64,000 nucleotides of DNA. Origin: a virus. A model generated the notes under the pieces. That model worked only from the letters and a program-made list of their open reading frames with translations. It made no database searches and had not been told where the DNA came from. Of the stretch, positions 28,376 to 39,812 are shown in pieces; position 1 is the first letter of the stretch, and the number at the start of each line of letters is the position of its first letter. Made by a program: the position numbers and the translations under genes. The stretch covers positions 64,001-128,000 of IMG/VR virus record IMGVR_UViG_3300050120_000210. One strand, 5' to 3'.

Positions 28376-31300
28376 ATGGGCATCAAGTACGACGGTCTGA
28401 AACTTGTTTGGTTGCACCAGTTCGGGGGTTCGACGACTTTGCTGACGTGGGTCAGCCCGGATGAAGGTGATGTCGGCTCTTTTGTCGGCGGCGCCAAAGC
28501 ATTCATTCCCGCCGCAGTTCGTGTCATCAATGGCCCGCGCCCGACTTTCAGCTTGTCTTCGGGTTCTCTGCCCACGGGCCTTAGCCTCGATACTTCGAGC
28601 GGCGCGGTCTCGGGTATCCTCAACAACATCGTCGGAAGCTACTCCTACACCCTCAAGGCTCAAAGTGGTCAAGTCAGTGTTGAACGCACGTTCTCTGCAA
28701 ACGTCGCGGTCAACCAAGCACCTGTGTGGAACACTCCGGCCGGTTCGCTGGGCAGCCAATTCGACAATACGCCCGTCAACCTGACGCTCGACGCTGTCGA
28801 TCCTGAAGCTCAGCCCGTCACGTTCGCTCTGATCGCTGGTTCTCTGCCCGGCGGTCTGAACCTGTCCAACACCGGTGCGATCACCGGTCTGTTGAGCCCG
28901 GTCACCGACGACACGACGTTCTTCTTCACCCTGACCGCTTCGGATGGCGTGCTCAACACGCAACGTGCGTTCAGCTTCACTGCCCTGCTCGATCAAGCCC
29001 CGGTTTGGAGCACGCACGGCAATCTTGGCACGCCCATCGAAAGCAGTGCATTCACGTTCCCGCTGGTGGTCACTGGCGCCCGCGCTCTGACCTACACCGT
29101 CACTGGCGGCCAACTTCCCGTTGGTCTGACGTTGGATGCCAACACCGGCGTGATCTCCGGCACGACGCCCGCCGTCGCGCTCGACTCCACGTCTACTTTC
29201 ATCGTCAGCGCGTCGGATGGCGTGAAGGCTACGGCTCAAACTCTGTCCATCATCGTCAAGAAGAACCTTCCCCCGGTTTGGAGTTCGAGCGGCACGGTCG
29301 CGACTGATTTCGGCGGCAAGGCAGTCAACTTCAACCTCATCGCGGTCGATCCCAACGGTTCGTCCGTCACCTTCACGTTGGGCAATGGTTCGGTTCTGCC
29401 GGGCGACCTGACTCTGTCGAACACCGGTCTCATCAGCGGCAACCTGCCCGATGTGGTCGCGTCCACCGACTTCAGCTTCACGGCTGTTGCAAGCGATGGT
29501 CTGCTGACCACGCCTCGCGCCCTGAAGATTCGCACGCTCCTCAACCAACCTCCGGTTTGGGATACGGCTTCCGGCCTCTCCCCGGTTCTCGAAGAAATGG
29601 CGTTCACTCGCGTTGTGTCGGCTCACGACCCCGCTGGTGTCCAAGCAATTCACTATAAGCTGGCGAGTGGTTCCCTGCCCGATGGCGTGACGTTGTCCAA
29701 CAACGGCGTCATTAGCGGCACCCCCGGCACGGTGGTGTCTGACACCGAGTATGATTTCAACATCGAAGCGAACAACGGCGTCCTCGCGGCTTCGCAAGAT
29801 TTCACGCTCATCGTCGCCAAGAACGTGGCTCCGGTGTGGTCCAGCAACGCTGGCCTCATCAACACCGTCCAAGGTCTGTCGATCTATAACTATAACCTGT
29901 CGGGACACGACGGCAACGGCACCATCCCGGTCTACACTCTGACGGCTGGCGCTCTGCCGGACGGCATCTCACTGTCCACGAGCGGAACCCTGTCGGGTAC
30001 GGTCGGCAACGTCGCAAACGCCACGCAGTATGACTTCACCGTCGCTCTGAACGATGGCTTCAATGCACCAGTCGGCCGTAGTTTCTCGATCATCGTCACA
30101 CCGAACGCACTGCCGGTGTGGGTCACCAACTCGGGCACCATCGCTTCGGCTTTCGAAACGGCTCCGATCAGCGTCTTCATCAACGCGTTCGACCCGGAAG
30201 GCGCGCAGATCACCTACTACATGGTTGGTTCTTCGAAGCTGCCTGATGGCGTGTTCCTGAACGGGTCCACCGGTCTCATTTCCGGCTCCCTGCCGAACGT
30301 TACGGAAGACACTGACTTCTCGTTCAACATCTACGCGGATGACGGCACCCCGAACAACGCCCGCCGCGCTGCTCGTATTTTCACGATCCACACAGTCTTC
30401 AACTCGGCGCCCGTGTTCCAGACGCCCGCAAACCTTGGCACGAGCATCGAAGGCCGCAACTATTCGCTGCAACTGAGCGCCACTGGTGTCGGTAACGGCC
30501 CGATGATCTACACCCTGTCGTCTGGCACGTTGCCCGCTGGTCTGACCCTGTCCCGCAGTGGTCTGATCTCCGGCGTGCTTCCGGCAGCCGCAACAGATAC
30601 CGGCTACACCTTCACGGTCAATGCCTTCAACGGCATCAAGAACGCAACGCGTACCTTCACGCTGACGGTCGCCCACGATCTGCCCCCGGTGTGGACCAGC
30701 AACGCTGGCACGCTCGGCAGCTTCTTCGGCAACAACGCCTTCTCGATCCAACTGGCCTCGGCTGACCCGAATGGCGTTGGCGTCGTCTACTCGTTGGCGA
30801 ACGCCACGACTCTGCCCCACGGCGTCTCTCTGTCTACCGGTGGTTTGGTTTCCGGTTCGCTCGACATCGTCGCGAACAACACGACCTACAACTTCACCGT
30901 TCGTTCGTCGGATGGTGTCTTGAGCGCCGACCGCAGCTTCTCGCTCACCTCGCTCGCCGAAGTGGCGCCGAACTGGGTCACCCCGGCCGGTCAAATCGCA
31001 CAAGTGTTCAAGAACACGAGCTACAGCAGCTTCTTGGTCGCTGCCGATTCGCAACATCTTCCGATCACCTACACCGTTGTGTCTGGGTCTCTGCCCACTG
31101 GTCTGACGCTGAACGCCAACACCGGCTTGCTTGCCGGTATCACGGCCAACGTTAGCATCAACACCGAATACGATTTCACTGTCCGTGCATCGAACGGCAC
31201 GCTGACTTCCGACCGAGCCTTCTCGTTCGTCGTTCAATCGGTCGCAACACCAGCATGGGTCACACCGGCCGGGTCGCTGGGTTCGATCCTGTCCGGCTAC

Positions 31301-34300
31301 ACCGGTGTCTTCAGCATGGTTGCGACGGACCCGCAGGGCCTTTCGCTCACCTATAGCTTCATCTCCGGCACGTTGCCCGCTGGTCTGTCGTTCTCTGGCG
31401 GGGGCTCGGCCACCATTCAGAAGAGCAGCCCGAGCGCAACTGTTCCGGTCACGTCTTCGGATCAAACCTATAGCTTCACCGTCGAAGTCACCAACGGCTT
31501 CGTGCCGGTCCAGCGCACCTTCTCGATCACGATCCTGAAGAACCTACCGCCGGTCTGGGTTTCCCCGACTGCTGGCAGCCTCGGCACCCAAAACGAAGGC
31601 ACTTCCTTCACGGTCACCCTCGACGCAACTGACCCGGAATCGCAAGGCATCTTCTATCTGGTGTCGGCGGGTTCTCTGCCGAACGGTTTTGGCCTGAATG
31701 CCAACACCGGCGTCATCAGCGGCACCACGGGCACGGTCTCCAACACGACCACGTTCAACTTCACCATTGATGCAGACGACGGCAAGCAAACGACTTCGCG
31801 GGCCTTCAGCTTCACCACTACGTTCTCGTCCGCTCCGGCTTGGACGACGGCTTCTGGTTCTCTGGCGAGCCAACTCGAACAGACCCCGTTCTCCGTCACT
31901 GTTGCCGCCACGGCGGCTGGACAAGGTATCCACTACACGGTCGCCAACGCCAGCATTCTGCCCACCGGCTTGACCCTTGACGCAAACACGGGCGTCATCA
32001 GCGGCACCCTGCCGCCGGTGACCACCGACACCGTTGATTCGTTCGACTTGGTCGCCACATCGGTCGTGACAGGCAAGGCAACGACTCGCTCGTTCAGCAT
32101 CACCATCATCAACGATCTGCCGCCCGTTTGGAGCACGGCCGCTGGCCTGTTCCTCGACGATTTGGCTGGAACTTCGTTCACCAAGAGCCTGCTGGCCATC
32201 GACCCGAACGGCACCACCGTTACCTACACCATCGCCAATGGTACTCTGCCGGGTTCGGTGACCTTCAACCCCAACGCGGGTGGTGGCACGGCTTCGCTCT
32301 CCGGCACTCTGCCGACCGTTGCCAACAACACGACGTATGCGATCACGGTTGGCGCGTCTGATGGCGCCTCGCAAGTTAACCGCACCTTCTCCTTCACATC
32401 CGAACTGGATGTGCCGCCGGTGTGGTCCACGAATGCTGGCGTCCTCGCCAACGCTGCCCCGGAATTCTCGACGTTCTCGACCACCGTCACTGCGGTCGAT
32501 CCGAATGGTAAGGGCGTTGTCTATGGCCTCGCAAACAGCACGTTGCTGCCGACCGGCCTTTCGCTGCAAGCCAACAACGGTTTGATCTCCGGCACGCTCC
32601 CGGCAGTCGCCAACGCTCTGGCCAATGATACCTACAACTTCACCGTCCGTGCTTCGGATGGCGTGATGACCGCTGACCGCAACTTCTCCATCGTGGTGAA
32701 GCCGGATGCGGCACCGGTGTGGGTCACCAACGCTGGCTCTATCGGTAGCGTTCTCGAAAGCCAAACCTTCTCTACGCACCTCGTGGCAAGCGACCCCGAT
32801 GGCGATACCGTCACCTATTCGTTGACCAACGGCACCACGATGGCGCCGGGCTTCAGCCTACTCGCCAATGGTTTCGTTTCCGGCCGCGCTGGCACCACCA
32901 CGGTGGACACCAGTTATCCGTTTGATGTGGCCGCTTCGGATGGTCACAAGAGCACGAATCGTTCGTTCACTCTGACCCTGCAATTCGACACGACGAACCT
33001 CGACGCCAACTCCGCATCCGTCACCATGCTGATGCCGTTCGAAGGCACGCCGGGCTCTAACGCTCTGGTCGATCAGCTTGGTCACGTTATCACGGACAAC
33101 GGTGCGGTCATTTCGAGCACGCAAGTTCAGTTCGGCAACACTGCGGTGTTCTTCAACGGCTCTAGCTCGTTCACGACGCCGATGCTGCCCGACTTCAACA
33201 TGCTCAACGTTGGCGTCTACACCGTCGAATTCTGGCTCTTCCCGACCGAGAACTCCTCGACCGAATATCTGATTTCCGAAAACGCTCTCGGAAACGACAC
33301 CAACGTGAATGCTACCTACTGGGGCATCAAGAAGTCAGGCACGTCTTATGCTCTGAATGTTGGTCCGCAAACCCTGATTAACGCCAGTAGTGGTCTCATT
33401 TCGGTCGCGGGCGGCACGGTGCTTCTCAACCAATGGCAACATATCGCCGTTTGTAAGAGCGCGGCAGGCACGAAGACCTTCCTCAACGGTGTGAACATCG
33501 GCACGGCAGCCATCAATGGCACGTCCGGTAACACGGCCACGAACCTCGTCGTTGGCCTAGGCTTCACCGGTTATATGGATGATCTTCGCATCACCAATGC
33601 AGCCCGTTACTCGGCAAACTTCACACCCGGCAAGGCCCCGGCTATCCCCGTGTGGGTCACCCCGGCAAACACCGTGCTGGTCACCGGCAGCGAAGGCAAT
33701 TCGATCACGAACGCCGTGGCGCTCTCCTTCACCGATTCATCCGGTCTCGGTATCAAGAACTACGTCACCGTTGGCGCTCTGCCGACTGGTGTGACACTTG
33801 ATACTTCCAACGGCACCGTGGTTGGTGTCATCCCGCAGGCTGTCCAAGGTGGCCAGATCACGCTCACAGCGCAAGGTAAGGATGGCAACAACAACCTGAC
33901 GGCCGCGCGTAACTTCATCATCCAATCGAACGCGCTGTCGGCCCCGAGTGACCTGCAAGTTAGTTGGCGCTTCAACAAGCAGACTTCCGCGAGCGGTTTC
34001 TTGGCCGACATTGGCAATAGCGGATTCGGAACACCGACTGCTGTGGGCACCTCATTTTCGTATGTGGCTGCTCCGAGCCCGCATGGAACAGACACCGCGC
34101 TTCAGTTCAACGGACAAACGGCAATGTATATGTCCGACACCACGAACCTGCGGTTCTTGGAGCATAGCAATTGGACCATTGAGATGTGGGTCTGGATGTC
34201 GGATTTCACTGCCGGTAAGAGCGTTGGAACACGTCTGCTCAGCATTGGCGATGGCGCCAATGGCGGGAATGGTATTTTCTGGTTCACCGGTGGCACCGGT

Positions 34301-37300
34301 GCAATCGCGGGCATCTACCAAAACACATATTCTTCGACGTTCCCGCAACCGACAAATGGCGCGTGGAATCACATGGCGCTTGTTCGTAACGGGAACCAAA
34401 TTACTGCCTACACCAACGGTGTTGCCGGGGCTCCGGGCACCATTACCGGAGAAGTGCCTGCCAACAATTTCGACAACTTGGGATTGGCCATCAACGGTCA
34501 CTGGCAAGCGTCGCCTACCGCAACCTTCTCGGTTGCTGGAACTATTGTGCGCGGTCTGAACATGTGGAGCACTTCGAAATACAACACCCCATTCACGCCG
34601 GTTTGGGATGACTTCCTCACGCCGGTTTGGGCGAACGCATCTGCGAATATCGCCAATGGTCTCGACGGCAACTCGTTCAATGCATCAGTCCTCGCATCTT
34701 CGTTTGGCAATACCTCCGTCACCTATGCGGTTAGCAATGCCGGGACGATGCCTGCTGGTTTGAACCTCGTGTCGAACGGCTACGTGTATGGCACGATTCC
34801 GACCTTCAACGCCAATGCTCCGGCGACGAGTTTCTCGCTCATCGCCACGGACACGAACGCGCGGATCACCCCGCCCAAAACATTCACGGTTACTTCGCTC
34901 GATGCAAAACCGGTTTGGGTCAGCAATGGTTCGCTTGGCAACAACACCTCTAACGCAACGGTCAGCCTGCAATTGGTCGCGACCGACCCGCGTGGTGATG
35001 TTCCGGTAACCTATGCTGTCGCCAATGGCGCTATTCCGGCTGGATTGACCTTGAACTCGAATGGTTTGATTACGGGTTCGCTCACTTTCCAGACGACGGA
35101 TACGGTTTCGTCCTTCACGGTTAATGCAGTCAACCATTCCGGCAAGTTCTCGATCTCTAATTCGCTTTCCTACACCGTGTTCACCGACTTCGATGTGAAT
35201 TTTGCGAACACAATGACATTGCTCCATGCCGATGGGAACTTCACGAACAGCGGCAACAGCACTGTCACATGGTCGGCTGGTGGCACTGCCACTGTGCAGA
35301 ACAGTGTTGTCAAGTTCGGCACTGGTGCATTCAGTACGACGGGCGTGGCCACTTCTTGGGTCCGTTCGTCTAACCTGTCCTCGCTATACAATCTGGGCAC
35401 TCGACCCTTTACCACGGAGTTCTGGGTCAACGTCGGTGGGTTCGTAAATACAAGCGGAGCTTGGCAGGCGGCCATTCTATTCTATGGTTTGGGAAACACG
35501 ACTGCCGGTAACCAAGGTAACGGTTTCGGTGTATTCGTGACCGGAACATCTGCGACCAGCGGTATTGTTAGCGTCGGTGCAGGCGGCTGGAACGCGGCTG
35601 GTACGGCTCAAAGCTTCTCGTTCGGTGGCAATATCACCGCCAATTTGAACCAATGGTATCACGTTGCTGCTCAACGTGACGCAAGCAACAATTTCTCTCT
35701 TTACTGGGATGGACAATTGGTTGGTGCAACAACTGCGGCAGTGACGGTTGGCCCGAATTTCACTACTTCTTATGTGTGGAACATCGGCACGTTGGCATCT
35801 GTTAGCGGATTTGAATATCCTCTCGTTGGTAAAGTCGATGACGTTCGTATCACTTACGATGTCGCTCGCTACACTGGAAACTCTATTACTGTTCCGAACA
35901 AGGCGTTCCCGAACACTGGACCTATTGCTCCTGTGTTCACTTCGCCAGTTTCCTTGGGAACTTCAACCAAGCTCGCCGTGGTCAATACTACCGTGGTCGC
36001 CACCGCAAGTGTCGCTAACGCTACACCAATTACGTATTCTCTCGTTTCCGGGTCTCTTCCGGGCACCGCGACATTGGCCAGCAATGGCTTGATTAGCGGC
36101 CTCGCTGCGAACGTTGTCACGGATACCGTGGACACTTTTACTATTGCAGCAGCCGACACGCAAACCCACATCAGCAATAAGACTTTCACATATACAACAT
36201 TGGTTGCCGGGGATCAGTTCTTCAGCAACGTGTCATTGCTTATCCACGGTGAAACAACCGCAAACAACGGTGTTGTCATTGACTCCGTTGGGGTCAATAC
36301 ATTCTCCACAAACAACGCAGCAAACGTCTCGACCGCCGCTTCGAAGTTCGGCAATTCGGCTGTTTTCTTCAACGGAGCGAACAGCACGACAAACGTCATG
36401 AAGGGCCTTCAAGGGCCTCCGACTTGGTTATCCAATTGGTTGTCGGGAACCGATTTCACGCTCGAAGCGTGGATCAACCCCACCGATCTCCCGAACCTGA
36501 CCGGCGGCGTCAACAAGACAGTCATCATGTGCGTTGCCAACCCGTCAACACTTGCCAACTACTGGCAATGGACGCTTTCGGGCTCGAACGCGACGACGAT
36601 CACCAATATGGATTGGGTCACTTTGACCCCCGGCACTGTGACCGATTTCCATACGACCGTCCCGGCTGGTTCGATTCCGATGAACGCTTGGACGCACATT
36701 GCGCTGACTCGCGCAAACGGTGTTGTACGCGGGTTCGTTAATGGTGTGTTGCTAGGCAACTCCATTGTTAACACCTCTGCATATAATGGTCCATCCTCTT
36801 TGTTCTTCGAACTCGGCGGCGAAACGCTAACTGGTGCTCCGGGTAACTTCCATGGTTACATGGATGAAGTCCGCATCACCACCGGCACCGCGCGCTATAC
36901 TGCAAACTTCACAGTGAGCGCGAATGCATTCCCGAACTTGCTCGACCCTAGCCCGATTTGGGCGAACTCGGGCTCGCTTGGTTTTGCCTACAAAAACAGC
37001 GCGATCAACGTTCAACTTGCGGCAAACTCTCCGATCAACGCCGTACCGCTTACCTACAGCTTGCTGTCTGGTTCGTTGCCGGGGACCGCTACACTCTCCA
37101 ACAGCGGATTGCTCTCGGGTGTGACAAGCAACGTGTCTACGGATACTGTGAGCACGTTCACACTTCGTGCAACGGACGTATTGGCACACACCACCGACCG
37201 CACGTTCACCTATACAACGGTCGCAAATGCCGATGTCAATTTCGGTTTGACCTCCGCACTGTTCCACATGGAAGATACCCCAAACAGTTCGAGCACCACC

Positions 37301-39775
37301 GATACGTTCACCGATGCAACGGGCCGGACCACGATGGTCAAGTCTGGAACCACTGCCACGACTTCGACGGCGACTGCCAAATTCGGTAATTCGGCGATGT
37401 ATTTCGCGGGGGCTACTAGCCAAGCAACCACAGGCTGCGCGCAGTCAACCGTCAACGCCGCAGGCTTTGGCTTCGGAACCAACGATTTCACTGTTGAATC
37501 GTGGGTTAACGTGAGTTCATTCCCGTCAACTGCGGTCGTGGCTACCTATAACAGCCCCACCACGGCCACTGTGACGAACGTCAATATTTCGTGGATTCTT
37601 CAGCTTACCGGGAACGCGACGACTATCACGGGGATCGATTTCTACAACCAAGGCGACACCCATATCGCTAACACCGTGGTCTCCGATCTGCGTGTTACTG
37701 GTCTGAATATTCCGACCAAGACTTGGACTCACTTCGCGATCACACGTCAGGGTCAAAACCTGCGGGCCTTCGTGAACGGAACGGTTGTCGGCTCCACAAT
37801 TATCACGGCCGGATTTAGTTATCCCACCATCTCGGGCAATACTTTGCAACTCGGCGGCGCCGTGGTTCCGGGCTTTGCTTCGATCTTGGATGGTTATCTC
37901 GACGAAGTTCGCATCTCCAACGGTGTTGCTCGCTATACCGCCAACTTCAGCGTGCAAACGTCGCCGTTCCCGAGCCTGATCGATCCTAGCCCGGTTTGGG
38001 CGAACTCGGGGTCGCTGGGTAGTGCTCTCCACAATAGCCCGATCAGCTTGCAATTGGTGGCGAACACCACCAACGCTGCCCCGGTTACTTACACCGTGCA
38101 ATCGGGCGCTCTGCCGGGCACTGTTACGCTCGCCAGCAATGGTCTCGTGTCGGGTGTTACCGGAAATGCAGCTACGGACACGGTGAGCACTTTCACTGTT
38201 CGTGCGACAGATACGCTGACGCGTTTCACCGATCAAACGATGTCGTATACGACCATCGCAAATTCGGACGTGTTCTACAGCAACGTGTCTCTTTTGCTTC
38301 ACGCGGAAGACACACCGAACGGCACAACTATCGCGGATTCCAGCGGTAAGCAGACCTTCACTAAAAACTCGGCAAGTGTTTCGACTGCCAATCAGAAGTT
38401 CGGTAATTCTGCACTGTTCTTCAATGGTGCAAATACGGCACTAATGGTTTCGACATCCAACCCGCCGGGTATCAGTTTCCCTACCGGAACCGATTTTACT
38501 GTCGAAATGTGGTTCAACATGACTAGCAACGGCGGAAGCAAATCAGCCGTTATGCTCGCGCATGGTCCGAATGCATTCAATCCCGCCAATACGAACAATA
38601 TTTGGTGCATTCAGATTGATGCAACGGCACCCGGTATTCAAGACATCCAGCTATACAATGGCGCTGGTGGAAATGGCGTGTCGGCTAACGTTACCAATCT
38701 TCCCTATGGAACATGGCATCACATCGCCTTTGCCCGTCAGGGTGGCACACTCCGTGTCTTTGTCAACGGCGTTCTGAATAACACGAACCCGAATACCTTC
38801 AACTATGTCGGCAGTGCTGCAACAGCACTGACCGTGGGTGGATTGAATGTTGAAGCCTTTAGCTTGAACATGAATGGTTACATGGATGAGGTTCGTATCA
38901 CCAACGGTGTTGCTCGCTATGTCTCTAATTTCTCGGTCGCCACATCGGCATATCCGAACCTTCAAGACCCGACGCCGATTTTCACGACTAACGCGGTTAC
39001 TTTCACGGTCGCCAATGCGGTGAACGTCAGCAACTCTGTGGTCGCCAATTCGCCTGTCAACCGGTCGCTCACCTATACACTGACCTCCGGTTCTCTAGCG
39101 AATGGCACAACGATGTTGAGCAACGGTCTGATTACCGGCCAACCGTTCTCGGTGGGCAATTCGGTCTTCACCGTTTCGGCGGCAATCACGGATGCTCCGA
39201 ACTCGTTCACGCCGACGACTCAGACGATCACCTACAACGTGGTCTCGGCCGGTTGGGCAACTGCTCTTGGCGATACTGTGACCCTGCCGTCTTACCTGAG
39301 CCCGGTGTATACCGCTACAACTGGCAACAACTCCAACGGCTTCGGTGTGTTCAGCAACCTTCTTCCGGCAACTGGACAATACTTCATCGACGTTACCTTG
39401 GCCAGTGGTCAAGATTCGTCACCGGCGTCGGTTGGTTTCTTGGGCTTGTCTACAGTGGCAACCGGCTTCAACTTCAATACCTCTGCCAACTATAAGGCTT
39501 GGTATTACACGGGAGCTTGGTTCGGTGATGCAACGACGGTATCGTCTGGTGACTCGTCCAACCTCATCACCGGCACCTATCGTATCGCCATCGACCGCAC
39601 CAACGGCCTGTTCTACATGCAACGGACCAGCGGAACACCTTCGACCGTCCGTTCAGCCCACCTTCCGGGCTCCGGCAATCTCTTCCTGATGATGCTTCCG
39701 CAAAGCACCTTCAGAGTTCCGGGTGTGACGATCATCAACGGTGGCATCCAAGCTGGCCACGGTGGTCTCTACTAA
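28376..39775 (+). CDS. Giant (~3800 aa) Ig-repeat/LamG fibre or adhesin
   Basis: About 23 He_PIG/cadherin-like repeats (PVW..GSLG..A.DP..TY.L..GSLP.GL.L..G.ISG), six LamG-like domains (FTVEFW, WHHIA, GYMDEVRIT), C-terminal SPRY-like domain; ATAAATA at 28301. Confidence 0.9.
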   Translation: MGIKYDGLKLVWLHQFGGSTTLLTWVSPDEGDVGSFVGGAKAFIPAAVRVINGPRPTFSLSSGSLPTGLSLDTSSGAVSGILNNIVGSYSYTLKAQSGQVSVERTFSANVAVNQAPVWNTPAGSLGSQFDNTPVNLTLDAVDPEAQPVTFALIAGSLPGGLNLSNTGAITGLLSPVTDDTTFFFTLTASDGVLNTQRAFSFTALLDQAPVWSTHGNLGTPIESSAFTFPLVVTGARALTYTVTGGQLPVGLTLDANTGVISGTTPAVALDSTSTFIVSASDGVKATAQTLSIIVKKNLPPVWSSSGTVATDFGGKAVNFNLIAVDPNGSSVTFTLGNGSVLPGDLTLSNTGLISGNLPDVVASTDFSFTAVASDGLLTTPRALKIRTLLNQPPVWDTASGLSPVLEEMAFTRVVSAHDPAGVQAIHYKLASGSLPDGVTLSNNGVISGTPGTVVSDTEYDFNIEANNGVLAASQDFTLIVAKNVAPVWSSNAGLINTVQGLSIYNYNLSGHDGNGTIPVYTLTAGALPDGISLSTSGTLSGTVGNVANATQYDFTVALNDGFNAPVGRSFSIIVTPNALPVWVTNSGTIASAFETAPISVFINAFDPEGAQITYYMVGSSKLPDGVFLNGSTGLISGSLPNVTEDTDFSFNIYADDGTPNNARRAARIFTIHTVFNSAPVFQTPANLGTSIEGRNYSLQLSATGVGNGPMIYTLSSGTLPAGLTLSRSGLISGVLPAAATDTGYTFTVNAFNGIKNATRTFTLTVAHDLPPVWTSNAGTLGSFFGNNAFSIQLASADPNGVGVVYSLANATTLPHGVSLSTGGLVSGSLDIVANNTTYNFTVRSSDGVLSADRSFSLTSLAEVAPNWVTPAGQIAQVFKNTSYSSFLVAADSQHLPITYTVVSGSLPTGLTLNANTGLLAGITANVSINTEYDFTVRASNGTLTSDRAFSFVVQSVATPAWVTPAGSLGSILSGYTGVFSMVATDPQGLSLTYSFISGTLPAGLSFSGGGSATIQKSSPSATVPVTSSDQTYSFTVEVTNGFVPVQRTFSITILKNLPPVWVSPTAGSLGTQNEGTSFTVTLDATDPESQGIFYLVSAGSLPNGFGLNANTGVISGTTGTVSNTTTFNFTIDADDGKQTTSRAFSFTTTFSSAPAWTTASGSLASQLEQTPFSVTVAATAAGQGIHYTVANASILPTGLTLDANTGVISGTLPPVTTDTVDSFDLVATSVVTGKATTRSFSITIINDLPPVWSTAAGLFLDDLAGTSFTKSLLAIDPNGTTVTYTIANGTLPGSVTFNPNAGGGTASLSGTLPTVANNTTYAITVGASDGASQVNRTFSFTSELDVPPVWSTNAGVLANAAPEFSTFSTTVTAVDPNGKGVVYGLANSTLLPTGLSLQANNGLISGTLPAVANALANDTYNFTVRASDGVMTADRNFSIVVKPDAAPVWVTNAGSIGSVLESQTFSTHLVASDPDGDTVTYSLTNGTTMAPGFSLLANGFVSGRAGTTTVDTSYPFDVAASDGHKSTNRSFTLTLQFDTTNLDANSASVTMLMPFEGTPGSNALVDQLGHVITDNGAVISSTQVQFGNTAVFFNGSSSFTTPMLPDFNMLNVGVYTVEFWLFPTENSSTEYLISENALGNDTNVNATYWGIKKSGTSYALNVGPQTLINASSGLISVAGGTVLLNQWQHIAVCKSAAGTKTFLNGVNIGTAAINGTSGNTATNLVVGLGFTGYMDDLRITNAARYSANFTPGKAPAIPVWVTPANTVLVTGSEGNSITNAVALSFTDSSGLGIKNYVTVGALPTGVTLDTSNGTVVGVIPQAVQGGQITLTAQGKDGNNNLTAARNFIIQSNALSAPSDLQVSWRFNKQTSASGFLADIGNSGFGTPTAVGTSFSYVAAPSPHGTDTALQFNGQTAMYMSDTTNLRFLEHSNWTIEMWVWMSDFTAGKSVGTRLLSIGDGANGGNGIFWFTGGTGAIAGIYQNTYSSTFPQPTNGAWNHMALVRNGNQITAYTNGVAGAPGTITGEVPANNFDNLGLAINGHWQASPTATFSVAGTIVRGLNMWSTSKYNTPFTPVWDDFLTPVWANASANIANGLDGNSFNASVLASSFGNTSVTYAVSNAGTMPAGLNLVSNGYVYGTIPTFNANAPATSFSLIATDTNARITPPKTFTVTSLDAKPVWVSNGSLGNNTSNATVSLQLVATDPRGDVPVTYAVANGAIPAGLTLNSNGLITGSLTFQTTDTVSSFTVNAVNHSGKFSISNSLSYTVFTDFDVNFANTMTLLHADGNFTNSGNSTVTWSAGGTATVQNSVVKFGTGAFSTTGVATSWVRSSNLSSLYNLGTRPFTTEFWVNVGGFVNTSGAWQAAILFYGLGNTTAGNQGNGFGVFVTGTSATSGIVSVGAGGWNAAGTAQSFSFGGNITANLNQWYHVAAQRDASNNFSLYWDGQLVGATTAAVTVGPNFTTSYVWNIGTLASVSGFEYPLVGKVDDVRITYDVARYTGNSITVPNKAFPNTGPIAPVFTSPVSLGTSTKLAVVNTTVVATASVANATPITYSLVSGSLPGTATLASNGLISGLAANVVTDTVDTFTIAAADTQTHISNKTFTYTTLVAGDQFFSNVSLLIHGETTANNGVVIDSVGVNTFSTNNAANVSTAASKFGNSAVFFNGANSTTNVMKGLQGPPTWLSNWLSGTDFTLEAWINPTDLPNLTGGVNKTVIMCVANPSTLANYWQWTLSGSNATTITNMDWVTLTPGTVTDFHTTVPAGSIPMNAWTHIALTRANGVVRGFVNGVLLGNSIVNTSAYNGPSSLFFELGGETLTGAPGNFHGYMDEVRITTGTARYTANFTVSANAFPNLLDPSPIWANSGSLGFAYKNSAINVQLAANSPINAVPLTYSLLSGSLPGTATLSNSGLLSGVTSNVSTDTVSTFTLRATDVLAHTTDRTFTYTTVANADVNFGLTSALFHMEDTPNSSSTTDTFTDATGRTTMVKSGTTATTSTATAKFGNSAMYFAGATSQATTGCAQSTVNAAGFGFGTNDFTVESWVNVSSFPSTAVVATYNSPTTATVTNVNISWILQLTGNATTITGIDFYNQGDTHIANTVVSDLRVTGLNIPTKTWTHFAITRQGQNLRAFVNGTVVGSTIITAGFSYPTISGNTLQLGGAVVPGFASILDGYLDEVRISNGVARYTANFSVQTSPFPSLIDPSPVWANSGSLGSALHNSPISLQLVANTTNAAPVTYTVQSGALPGTVTLASNGLVSGVTGNAATDTVSTFTVRATDTLTRFTDQTMSYTTIANSDVFYSNVSLLLHAEDTPNGTTIADSSGKQTFTKNSASVSTANQKFGNSALFFNGANTALMVSTSNPPGISFPTGTDFTVEMWFNMTSNGGSKSAVMLAHGPNAFNPANTNNIWCIQIDATAPGIQDIQLYNGAGGNGVSANVTNLPYGTWHHIAFARQGGTLRVFVNGVLNNTNPNTFNYVGSAATALTVGGLNVEAFSLNMNGYMDEVRITNGVARYVSNFSVATSAYPNLQDPTPIFTTNAVTFTVANAVNVSNSVVANSPVNRSLTYTLTSGSLANGTTMLSNGLITGQPFSVGNSVFTVSAAITDAPNSFTPTTQTITYNVVSAGWATALGDTVTLPSYLSPVYTATTGNNSNGFGVFSNLLPATGQYFIDVTLASGQDSSPASVGFLGLSTVATGFNFNTSANYKAWYYTGAWFGDATTVSSGDSSNLITGTYRIAIDRTNGLFYMQRTSGTPSTVRSAHLPGSGNLFLMMLPQSTFRVPGVTIINGGIQAGHGGLY

Positions 39776-39785
39776 AACCAAGATG

Positions 39786-39811
39786 TGGCCGCCCTTCGGG
39801 GCGGCCATTTT
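39786..39811 (+). terminator. Rho-independent terminator
   Basis: TGGCCGCCC-TTCG-GGGCGGCCA-TTTT. Confidence 0.85.
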
Positions 39812-39812
39812 C

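Noticed and set aside
28376-39775. CRISPR array or DGR-type repeats
   Set aside because: The repeats are degenerate protein-domain repeats; there is no reverse transcriptase, cas gene or spacer array in the window.
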